Shown here one piece after another: positions 1 to 7,571 of a stretch of 25,323 bases of DNA (the first letter of the stretch is position 1; the number at the start of each line of letters is the position of its first letter). The position numbers and the translations under genes are program-made. Source of the DNA: Candidatus Aegiribacteria sp. (GTDB lineage Bacteria; Fermentibacterota; Fermentibacteria; Fermentibacterales; JCC-6); assembly GCA_046498225.1 (NCBI GenBank), contig JAWOBF010000025.1, positions 1-25,323 on the forward strand. The letters are read 5' to 3'. Below the pieces are notes generated by a model. That model made no database searches, had not been told where the DNA came from, and saw only the letters and a program-made list of their open reading frames with translations.

Positions 1-332
1 TCTATGATGAAACCCGCGGACAGCCAGCGGGCCGTGGCGCCGCACATTGCAAGGTCGTTCACCGTACCGTAGACGGACAGCGAGCCTATGTCCCCGCCGG
101 GATAGAAGAGGGGCGTCACCACGTGTGAATCGGTGGCGTAGGCAAGCCTTCCTCCGGCATGCTCCAGTACCGCGCCATCATGTTTCTCGAGCAGTGCCGG
201 GTTGGAGAAGGCCCGCATCATCATCTTCTCGATAAGGTCGTTCATCAGCCTTCCGCCGCCTCCGTGTGCCATGGTGACACTTGGATAATCGGATATTGGA
301 ATGGGACATGCGATCCTGGAGATATCAGCCAT
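1..332 (-). CDS. hypE: Hydrogenase maturation carbamoyl dehydratase HypE, 5' part (runs off the window start)
   Basis: Not in the ORF track. Manual translation from ATG at 332 gives [36 protein letters not shown]...[34 protein letters not shown], with the HypE motifs (M)AHGGGG, TDSxVVxPLFxPGGDIG and GTVNDLAM. Overlaps the hypD stop by 8 nt. Confidence 0.96.
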   Translation of the reverse strand, partial: MADISRIACPIPISDYPSVTMAHGGGGRLMNDLIEKMMMRAFSNPALLEKHDGAVLEHAGGRLAYATDSHVVTPLFYPGGDIGSLSVYGTVNDLAMCGATARWLSAGFII

Positions 333-1425
333 GGGACCTCCCGGCGCCCCTGTAGCGGTAGTATGCCGCGCAGGCACCCTCGGAGGACACCATTGGAGCA
401 CCCAGGGGATGTTCGGGAGTGCACTCCGCCCCGAATGCCGGGCACTGATCGGGCTTTTTCAGCCCCCTGAGAACGTCACCGGATATGCAGACCCCGGATT
501 CCTCAACCCTGTGGCCGCTGACCTGGAATCTTGAGGCCGCGTCGTATTCGCCGAATCCGGGACGCAGCTCCAGTCCGCTTTGTGGAATATCACCAATGCC
601 GCGCCATTTCCGGTCCGAAACCCGGAAGACCGAGCGCATCATTCGGACGGCGTCGGAGTTGCCGGCCCTGCTGACCGCCCTGACGTACTGATTCTCCACC
701 CTGCTTGTACCGGCCTCCAGCTGTGCCACGCACATGTGAATTCCCTCGAGGATGTCCAGCGGTTCGAATCCGGTTACAACTATGGGCACACCGTACTTCT
801 CGGCTATTGGCTCGTACTCCTCGTAACCCATCACGGAGCAGACGTGGCCGGCGGCCAGAAAGCCGTCCACCGAACACTCGGGACCTGACAGAATGGCCTC
901 TATCGCGGGCGGGACCAGCACGTGTGAAACAAGCATCGAGAAGTTCTTCACGCCCAGCCGCCGGGCCTGCAGAACCGCCGCGGCGGTGACCGGGGCCGTG
1001 GTCTCGAAACCCACGGCGAAGAAGACCACCTCCCTTGCGGGATTCTCTTTCGCGATGGCCACAGCGTCCATGGGGGAATACACCATTCTCACGTCGCCGC
1101 CGGCCGCCTTTACGCTCAGAAGGTCCGACCGGCTGCCGGGGACTCTCATCATGTCGCCGAAGGAGCAGAAGGTGACGTTCTCCCTGCCGGCGATCTCAAC
1201 CGCCTGGTCCACAAGTTCCACGGGCGTGACGCAGACCGGGCATCCGGGGCCGTGGATCAGAGTGAGGTTCCCGGGAAGCAGCTGGTCGACCCCGTACTTC
1301 ACTATTGAATGGGTCTGGCCTCCGCAGACTTCCATCAGCTTCCATTCACGGGTAACCGCTTCCGCTATGAGCCGGGAGTATTTCATTGCCGCGTCACGGT
1401 CGCGGTACTCCGAAACGTACTTCAC
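325..1425 (-). CDS. hypD: Hydrogenase maturation Fe-S scaffold HypD
   Basis: 366 aa with [28 protein letters not shown] and [15 protein letters not shown], all HypD signature motifs. Confidence 0.98.
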   Translation of the reverse strand: MKYVSEYRDRDAAMKYSRLIAEAVTREWKLMEVCGGQTHSIVKYGVDQLLPGNLTLIHGPGCPVCVTPVELVDQAVEIAGRENVTFCSFGDMMRVPGSRSDLLSVKAAGGDVRMVYSPMDAVAIAKENPAREVVFFAVGFETTAPVTAAAVLQARRLGVKNFSMLVSHVLVPPAIEAILSGPECSVDGFLAAGHVCSVMGYEEYEPIAEKYGVPIVVTGFEPLDILEGIHMCVAQLEAGTSRVENQYVRAVSRAGNSDAVRMMRSVFRVSDRKWRGIGDIPQSGLELRPGFGEYDAASRFQVSGHRVEESGVCISGDVLRGLKKPDQCPAFGAECTPEHPLGAPMVSSEGACAAYYRYRGAGRSHG

Positions 1426-1691
1426 CTCCGGGCAGCTTCCTTTTCCAGCTCATCGTTTCCCAGCTCCGAGATACGCCTGAGGTAATCGAACACCTCCGAA
1501 GCCTCTTCCTCTTCGAGCCTGTTGAGGGCAAAGCCGGCGTGCACGATTACCCAGTCGCCTACGGCGGGGGCCTTTATTCCGGCAAGGTTCACCTCGCGCA
1601 GAACGCCGCCGAAGTTCACCTTCCCGGTGACGAACAGCGGGTCATCGCCTTCCGTTATCGTTTCTATTCTGCCTGGAACTCCAAGACACAT
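1422..1691 (-). CDS. hypC: Hydrogenase maturation chaperone HypC/HupF
   Basis: 89 aa starting MCLGVPG, with [12 protein letters not shown]; 4-nt overlap with hypD. Confidence 0.97.
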   Translation of the reverse strand: MCLGVPGRIETITEGDDPLFVTGKVNFGGVLREVNLAGIKAPAVGDWVIVHAGFALNRLEEEEASEVFDYLRRISELGNDELEKEAARR

Positions 1692-1696
1692 ATCTG

Positions 1697-3970
1697 TCAG
1701 CTCCCGTCGGTTTCTTCCCTTGCCGTTATGGCAGCCATGACCTGTCCCGGGGCGATCCCCCCGTCGTTCGCCGGCAGGCTTCTGTGTACCACAGCCCGGT
1801 ATCCGCCTTCTTCAAGTATTCTGCAGGTCATCTCCAGCAGGCTTCGGTTCTGAAAGCAGCCGCCGCTGAGGAGTACATTCTCCTCTCCCGTTCTTTCCGC
1901 AATGTTCAGGATGACATGGGAGAGGGTACAGTGAAACTTAGCCGAAATCAATCCCCGGGGGAACCCCCCGGAAAGATCCTCGAGTATGCCACTGACCATG
2001 GGGGCCCAGTCGATGACCATGATACCCCCCTCATCCACGACAGTGAAGGGGTAGGTCTCCCCGGTTTCGATGTCGCCCATAGCGTGCTCCAGCGCCATGG
2101 CGGCCTGAGCCTCGAATTCCATCTTCTGGTGCAGGCCGAGGATGGAGGCCACCCCGTCGAAGAGCCTTCCCGTGCTGGAAGTCAGCGGCGAGTTGAACCC
2201 TCTGTCCATCATGCGCTTCAGAGTCCGAAGTTCTTCGTCGCTGAAGGTCCCCGGGGGAAGATGCTTCTCCGGCTCCGGAAAGATACGCCCGAGAATGCCC
2301 AGGGCGGACCGTCTCGGTTCCTTAACAGCCGCATCGCCGCCGGGAAGCGGAAAGTGCCTGAAACGGGCTATTCTCCTGTTGCCGCCGTGGGTAAAATGGA
2401 AGAACTCCCCGCCCCATACGGTCCCGTCGCTCCCGTAACCGGTTCCATCCCAGGCCACACCGAGCAGCGGCGGCTTTGCGCCGCTGTCCAGCATCAGTGA
2501 ATATATATGGGCCAGGTGATGCTGCACCGGCAGGACCTCCAGACCGGTCTCCCTGGCCCTTCTTGATGAGAGGTAGTCCGGGTGCATATCGCACGCCACA
2601 CAGTCGGGAGCTGCCCCGTACAGGGCCTTGGTGCTTTCCAGGACCTCATCGAAGGCCTCCAGCGCCTGGGGGGTTTCCAGGTCCCCGATATGCTGGCTGA
2701 TAAATACGTTCCTTCCCACGGAAAGCGCCAGCGTATTCTTGAGATGCGCCCCCGCAGCCAGCACCGTCCCGCCTTCCCGGGGAAGGGAAAGGGGCATGGG
2801 GGCGTAGCCCCTGGCCCTTCTTAACATCATCACTTCATCCCTGAACACCCGTGCGATGGAATCGTCGACGTGGCGGGCGATGGGGCGGTCGTGCACCAGG
2901 AAGAGGTCAGCTATTCCTCCGAGGCGCGCCAGCGCCTCCCTCTCGTCCGTGCAAATGGGCTCGTCGGTCAGGTTGCCGCTGGTGGCCACTACGGTGACCC
3001 CCGCCTCCATGAGCAGAAGGAGATGCAGAGGGGTGTAGGGCAGCATCACTCCCAGTTCCGGGTTGTCCGGCGATACAAGGTCCGATATCGCCTCGCCCCG
3101 GGAAGCCGGGCTCAGTTTTCTCAGCAGCACTATGGGCGCCCTGGATGAGAGCAGCAGCTCCTCCTCCCCGGGGGAGACCCGGCAGAGGCGGCGGACGTAA
3201 TCCATGGAAGGGCACATTACGGCAAAGGGCTTCATCCTTCGGCCCTTCCGCTCCCTCAGGGCTGCTATGGAGCCATCGTCCTGAGCGGAGGCCATCAGGT
3301 GGAACCCACCTAGACCCTTGACCGCGACTATCCTGCCCTCAACTATCTCCTCGGCCGATCTGACCAGGGCTTCGTCCCTTTCGGCCAGCACGTTCCCATC
3401 GGGGTCCCACAGTTCCAGGTGAGGGCCGCAGACCGGGCAGGCGTTGGGCTGGGCGTGGAATCTCCGGTCCATCGGGTCCCGGTACTCCCGCGCGCACTCC
3501 GGGCACATTCGGAACCCGGACATGGCAGTGGCGGGCCTGTCGTAGGGGATAGCCCTGATTATGGAGTATCTGGGACCGCAGTTCGTGCAGTTGGTGAAGG
3601 GGTACCTGTATCGGCGGTCATCAGGGTCCAGTATCTCCCTGGCGCAGTCTTCGCAGAGAGCCATGTCCGGAAGGACCAGCGCCTCCCTTCTTCCGCCGGT
3701 ACTCTCCCTGATGCCGAAGGCGTCGTACCCCGCGGGCTCGAGGTATTCCTCCGTAACGGTCTGTATAACTGAAAGTGGCGGTCCCTCCCGGCGCAGAGCA
3801 GCTGAGAACCTCCTAAGGGAAGAAGTCTCACCCTCCACCTCCAGGACGACCCCGCTGGAGGTGTTCGACACCCAGCCCGCAAGGTCGCAGCTCATGGCCA
3901 GCCGGTACACGAACGGACGGAATCCAACCCCCTGAACCGCGCCTTTTATCTCCATGCGAAGTCTTTGCAT
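1697..3970 (-). CDS. hypF: Carbamoyltransferase HypF
   Basis: 757 aa: acylphosphatase N-terminus GAVQGVGFRPFVY, two Zn fingers (CEDC..CTNCGPR; CPEC..CPVCGP), YrdC-like KGLGGFHL/TSGN, Kae1-like HHLAH, DGTGYG and NDGGI. Confidence 0.98.
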   Translation of the reverse strand: MQRLRMEIKGAVQGVGFRPFVYRLAMSCDLAGWVSNTSSGVVLEVEGETSSLRRFSAALRREGPPLSVIQTVTEEYLEPAGYDAFGIRESTGGRREALVLPDMALCEDCAREILDPDDRRYRYPFTNCTNCGPRYSIIRAIPYDRPATAMSGFRMCPECAREYRDPMDRRFHAQPNACPVCGPHLELWDPDGNVLAERDEALVRSAEEIVEGRIVAVKGLGGFHLMASAQDDGSIAALRERKGRRMKPFAVMCPSMDYVRRLCRVSPGEEELLLSSRAPIVLLRKLSPASRGEAISDLVSPDNPELGVMLPYTPLHLLLLMEAGVTVVATSGNLTDEPICTDEREALARLGGIADLFLVHDRPIARHVDDSIARVFRDEVMMLRRARGYAPMPLSLPREGGTVLAAGAHLKNTLALSVGRNVFISQHIGDLETPQALEAFDEVLESTKALYGAAPDCVACDMHPDYLSSRRARETGLEVLPVQHHLAHIYSLMLDSGAKPPLLGVAWDGTGYGSDGTVWGGEFFHFTHGGNRRIARFRHFPLPGGDAAVKEPRRSALGILGRIFPEPEKHLPPGTFSDEELRTLKRMMDRGFNSPLTSSTGRLFDGVASILGLHQKMEFEAQAAMALEHAMGDIETGETYPFTVVDEGGIMVIDWAPMVSGILEDLSGGFPRGLISAKFHCTLSHVILNIAERTGEENVLLSGGCFQNRSLLEMTCRILEEGGYRAVVHRSLPANDGGIAPGQVMAAITAREETDGS

Positions 3971-4000
3971 ATGATTCTTCCGGAACTGTGGCAGCTGTTA

Positions 4001-4028
4001 TTGACATAATCCCTGCGAATGATATTCT
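4001..4028 (+). promoter_or_regulatory. Sigma70-type promoter for hypAB
   Basis: Perfect TTGACA (4001-4006), 16-nt spacer, TATTCT (4023-4028) preceded by TGn (extended -10), in the AT-richer divergent gap about 60 nt upstream of hypA. Confidence 0.75.
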
Positions 4029-4035
4029 ACCACTC

Positions 4036-4049
4036 TGAATGCGTTTTCA
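4036..4049. promoter_or_regulatory. Putative LacI-family (cre-like) operator
   Basis: TGAATGCGTTTTCA, a 14-bp imperfect palindrome with central CG, located at the predicted +1 of the hypAB promoter. Confidence 0.4.
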
Positions 4050-4087
4050 CCACAATGGTTCCGCGGTTTACGGAAGGCGGGTCCGGC

Positions 4088-4435
4088 ATGCACGAGATGT
4101 CCCTTGCCCGGGACATGACCAGGATCATAGGGAAAACTCTGGGCAGGAAAGTCCGCCTGGAAAAGGTGAACATAACCGTCGGGCCGCTCTCCGGTATCAG
4201 CCCCGAGTCCCTCCGGTTCTGTTTCACGGAGATCGCCAGAATGGAAGGCTTCGGGGAACCGGAACTGGTGATAGACAAAACGGAAGCCAGGCTGGTCTGC
4301 CTTGAATGCGGTGAGGAATACGAAGCAGTGGATTTTTACCAGGGCTGTCCCTCATGCGGTTCTATTAGCCGCAGGATACTATCCGGCAGGGAATTCACCG
4401 TGGACAGCGTCGAAATCGATGAAGGGTATGGCTGA
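4088..4435 (+). CDS. hypA: Hydrogenase nickel chaperone HypA
   Basis: Start reassigned to MHEMSLA (Ni-binding MHE) after GGAAGG. Zn site CLECG...CPSCG and C-terminal GREFTVDSVEI; 115 aa. Confidence 0.95.
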   Translation: MHEMSLARDMTRIIGKTLGRKVRLEKVNITVGPLSGISPESLRFCFTEIARMEGFGEPELVIDKTEARLVCLECGEEYEAVDFYQGCPSCGSISRRILSGREFTVDSVEIDEGYG

Positions 4436-4436
4436 A

Positions 4437-5105
4437 ATGTGTGATGAAGCGACGGAGAAGAAGGTGGACATATCGGAACCGGTCATGAGCAAGAACGACC
4501 GCATAGCGGCCGAGAACAGAAAGCTGCTCAGCGAAAAGACGATATACACACTTAACCTCATAAGCTCCCCGGGGGCGGGCAAGACCACGGTGCTGGAATC
4601 CATGGCCCGATTCTTCGGCGGCAGAATGGCGGTTATCGAGGGGGACGTCCAGACCAGAAGGGACGCCGAGAGGATCGAAAGGGCCGGCTGTCAGGCCTGG
4701 CAGATAGAAACCGGCGGCGCATGTCACCTGGACGCTCAGGCGGTGAACCACGCCCTGGGCCATATGGACCTGGACACGGATGACCTGGGGTTGCTTGCCA
4801 TAGAGAATGTGGGCAACCTCATATGCCCCAGCGGTTACGACCTGGGGGAGGACTTGAGGATAGGCCTTCTTTCGGTTCCCGAGGGGGATGACAAGATACT
4901 GAAGTACCCCAGCCTGTTCAGCAGCATAGATGCTCTCATCATCAACAAGATGGACCTCGTCCCGCACCTTGATTTCGATGTTGACAGGGCGATAGAAGAG
5001 TGCAGGAGCCTGAATCCCGATGTCGAGGTCTTCACCGTGTCCGCCCGGACGGGAGAGGGCATGGAGGAGTTCTGCGGGTTCCTGGAATCGAAGCTGGAGG
5101 GCTAG
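4437..5105 (+). CDS. hypB: Hydrogenase nickel-insertion GTPase HypB
   Basis: SSPGAGKTT P-loop, IEGD, TGGACHLDA, ENVGNLICP, EGDDK.LKYP and NKMD. Start probably ATG 4437 (alternative 4428); the ORF-track start at 4302 overlaps hypA. Confidence 0.96.
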   Translation: MCDEATEKKVDISEPVMSKNDRIAAENRKLLSEKTIYTLNLISSPGAGKTTVLESMARFFGGRMAVIEGDVQTRRDAERIERAGCQAWQIETGGACHLDAQAVNHALGHMDLDTDDLGLLAIENVGNLICPSGYDLGEDLRIGLLSVPEGDDKILKYPSLFSSIDALIINKMDLVPHLDFDVDRAIEECRSLNPDVEVFTVSARTGEGMEEFCGFLESKLEG

Positions 5106-5614
5106 TCGGAACTCTGATGCTGCCGGGGCCGGGCCAGTATTTCGGGCAGTTTCACCAGAAGTTCCTTCATTTCCCGTGACATCGGAACTCCGAAGCCGAG
5201 GTCTCGCGGCTGTATGGCAAGAAGCAGCACGTCAGCGCCGGTTTCCTCCTCCAGTCTTTCCATCACCAGCACCGGAGAGAGTGTATGTGTGGTGAAACCG
5301 GTCCCGCCGGCGATATCTTTCTTTTTCAGCAGCTCCACCGACCCCGGATCCCGTTCGAGGTGCACCGCGTCGATGATGATGACCGTTCCCGGTTCCAGCC
5401 TTGCCACCGATCGGATATGGTTTTCCGGAACGGTTCCGGCATCAACCGCTTTCATGCCCATGCTGGAGAGCTTTGCCGCCAGCCGGGGGCCGATGCCGTC
5501 ATCGCCCCGAAGGATATTCCCTATTCCCAGGTAGACGGTGCGGCCAGGTTCGAGCTCCGTGAGCATTTCCTTCAACTCGGTAAGAGAACTGTTCATCCCG
5601 TCATTTCCAGTCAT
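5102..5614 (-). CDS. hycI: Hydrogenase maturation endopeptidase, HycI type
   Basis: LGIGNILRGDDGIG, PEN, IIDAV and TTHTLS motifs of peptidase A31/HycI. Alternative start at 5596. Confidence 0.9.
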   Translation of the reverse strand: MTGNDGMNSSLTELKEMLTELEPGRTVYLGIGNILRGDDGIGPRLAAKLSSMGMKAVDAGTVPENHIRSVARLEPGTVIIIDAVHLERDPGSVELLKKKDIAGGTGFTTHTLSPVLVMERLEEETGADVLLLAIQPRDLGFGVPMSREMKELLVKLPEILARPRQHQSSD

Positions 5615-5700
5615 GGTGCTGCTGAAAAATGCGAATCAGCAATTTATATGCGCATACAATGGCATACCTGTTGTATAAAGGTAAGAAAGGTTAGCCCGGC

Positions 5701-6315
5701 TTACTCGTATGTGGCGGTTTTGCGGCGGCATTCGGCGCAGAGGATCTTTATCCTGTCCGACCGGCCGTTGTCGGCCAGAACCGCCTGAATGTTCTCATCC
5801 GCTATTCCGAGTTCGCGCATCCTCGAGAGATAGAGGGTGGGACTGGAGAAGGACAGCTCGCCCAGTTTCTCGGCTATCCAGATGAGATGGTCCCTGGTGG
5901 CTATAACGTCACCGCAGACCTCGCACAGCTGAAGCTCCTTCTCGATGGTCTCATACGCTTCGGAGCGTTCGAAGTAGGATAGCTCCCACTTGCTGCCGAG
6001 TACGATGGCCTTGTCGCCGGTTTCCCTTACGCAGGCGTCCTGGCATACTCCGCAGAAGATGCAGTCGTCGGTGTAATGTATCATGACCCGCCTGGGGACG
6101 CCCTCTCCCTCCACGATATCCTCGTGGCCTATGGCAGATGAAGGGCAGACCTCCTCGCAGGCCAGGCAGCCGATGCACTTGTCCTGGTCGAACTCCGGCT
6201 GTCCCCTGAAGTTCGGGTGGGGGTCGTGGGGCTCCACCGGGAACTTGGAGGTGTACGGCCCCTTGATGACTGCTTTTATCGCTTCTGCGAGTTCTCTGAG
6301 CTTTGGGTACTTCAT
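5701..6315 (-). CDS. NuoI/HycF/MbhN-like 2x[4Fe-4S] ferredoxin subunit with an extra C-terminal Cys site
   Basis: PYTSKFP..FRGQP, CIGCLACEEVCP and CIFCGVCQDAC, plus CEVC...CAEC. Start reassigned to MKYPKLREL (ATG 6315). Confidence 0.9.
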   Translation of the reverse strand: MKYPKLRELAEAIKAVIKGPYTSKFPVEPHDPHPNFRGQPEFDQDKCIGCLACEEVCPSSAIGHEDIVEGEGVPRRVMIHYTDDCIFCGVCQDACVRETGDKAIVLGSKWELSYFERSEAYETIEKELQLCEVCGDVIATRDHLIWIAEKLGELSFSSPTLYLSRMRELGIADENIQAVLADNGRSDRIKILCAECRRKTATYE

Positions 6316-6354
6316 ATTTCCATCCGTAACGTATTGCCCGCGCAATCCGCTATT

Positions 6355-6693
6355 CTAAGCTTCTCCCTCTTTGTCTTCAGCGTAACTGTCAACGACGCTT
6401 CCGTCCCAGAGCCTGATCCCGGCCCTGTGGGCGCCCCTTGATACTGCGTGGGCCGCCACCGGTGATGCCAGGACAAGGAAGACTATGGCGATAAGGGCCT
6501 TGAAGCCGGTTTCAGTGAAACCTCCCGCTATGAGAAAGGTCCCGAAAAGAATTCCGCAGGTGCCCAGGGTTACACACTTGGTGGCCGCCTGAAGACGGTT
6601 GTAGACGTCCGGAAGCCTTACCAGGCCCAGGCAGCCCAGTACGTCGAAACTGAGCCCCAGTCCAATGAATACCATTCCGATTATATCAATCAT
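6355..6693 (-). CDS. mnhG: Mrp antiporter subunit G (MnhG/MbhC-like)
   Basis: GLVRLPDVYNRLQAATK and SPVAAHAVSRGA; three hydrophobic helices. Start at ATG 6693 overlaps the mnhF stop. Confidence 0.92.
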   Translation of the reverse strand: MIDIIGMVFIGLGLSFDVLGCLGLVRLPDVYNRLQAATKCVTLGTCGILFGTFLIAGGFTETGFKALIAIVFLVLASPVAAHAVSRGAHRAGIRLWDGSVVDSYAEDKEGEA

Positions 6694-7060
6694 CAAAGCT
6701 TCTTCCTTCCAGGTACTTGGAAAGCGCAAGTGTTCCGATGAAGCTCTGAAGCCCCCAGGCGATACCGATATCTATGTACCACGAGCGACCGGTGGCGATG
6801 CTGAGCACCGCGCAGAGTCCCACTATCAGTATGCCGAAAATATCTATCGCGACTATCCTGTCGGCGGCCGTAGGCCCCCTGAGAACCCTGAAAAGGACCA
6901 TCAGAGATGACAGGATGAGTATGTATAACACCCTTCCGGCGAATCCTGTGTGCTCCCCATCCTGCTGGAGGAACACGCTCCTGAATGGAAGCAGGATGAT
7001 AAGGGCTATGATACCCAGCAGTACGATTGCGCCCGGGATCCATCTGAGTAGTTTCATCAT
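6686..7060 (-). CDS. mnhF: Mrp antiporter subunit F (MnhF/MbhB-like) with N-terminal extension
   Basis: RVLRGPTAADRIVAID and SFIGTLALSKYLE motifs. Confidence 0.9.
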   Translation of the reverse strand: MMKLLRWIPGAIVLLGIIALIILLPFRSVFLQQDGEHTGFAGRVLYILILSSLMVLFRVLRGPTAADRIVAIDIFGILIVGLCAVLSIATGRSWYIDIGIAWGLQSFIGTLALSKYLEGRSFDD

Positions 7061-7569
7061 TCTACCACATCTTCTTCGAAAATCTTCTTGAGCATCGGTT
7101 CAAATCTGCTGCCAATCTCCCTGAAGGTAGTCTCCGGGTCTGTCCCCACCACATTGATCCAGTGGATGTAGAGGATACCGTCATCCTTGTTGATATCCAC
7201 GGTGAGCGTTCCCGGCGTCAGGGTTATGGAGTTGGCGAGGAAGGTGAGTCCTGCATCGGACTTCAGCTCCGTCTTCAGCCTTACTATGCCAGGTTTGATA
7301 GGCATAGCCGGGTGGATGACCCGGTAGGCCACGTCGAAGTTGGCCTTTATCAGCTCCCACACGAATACCGGAATGTACCAGAACAGGAAATAGAATACCC
7401 TGATGGGATTGAACAGCATGCGGGGACTGGTGATGAACATCGATCCCATCACCATGGCCACGATGAGAGAGACCACCGCGCCGGCCACCAGGTGTTCAAC
7501 GTCCGGCACCCAGGTGAGTATGCACCAGACCACGAAAGCGAATATGAACATCAGTATTCTGCTCTTCAT
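7057..7569 (-). CDS. mnhE: Mrp antiporter subunit E (MnhE/MbhA-like)
   Basis: KANFDVAYRV, PGIV, LANSITLTPGTLTVD and LYIHWI motifs. Confidence 0.94.
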   Translation of the reverse strand: MKSRILMFIFAFVVWCILTWVPDVEHLVAGAVVSLIVAMVMGSMFITSPRMLFNPIRVFYFLFWYIPVFVWELIKANFDVAYRVIHPAMPIKPGIVRLKTELKSDAGLTFLANSITLTPGTLTVDINKDDGILYIHWINVVGTDPETTFREIGSRFEPMLKKIFEEDVVE

Positions 7570-7571
7570 GG

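Noticed and set aside
4019..4436. Longer ORF-track starts for hypA (4019) and hypB (4302)
   Set aside because: They overlap the promoter or hypA; the family N-termini (MHE.., MC..) begin at 4088 and 4437.
5680..5700. Possible terminator after the last hydrogenase gene (AGCCGGGCT...CTTTCTT)
   Set aside because: The stem is only about 3-4 bp, too weak to call.
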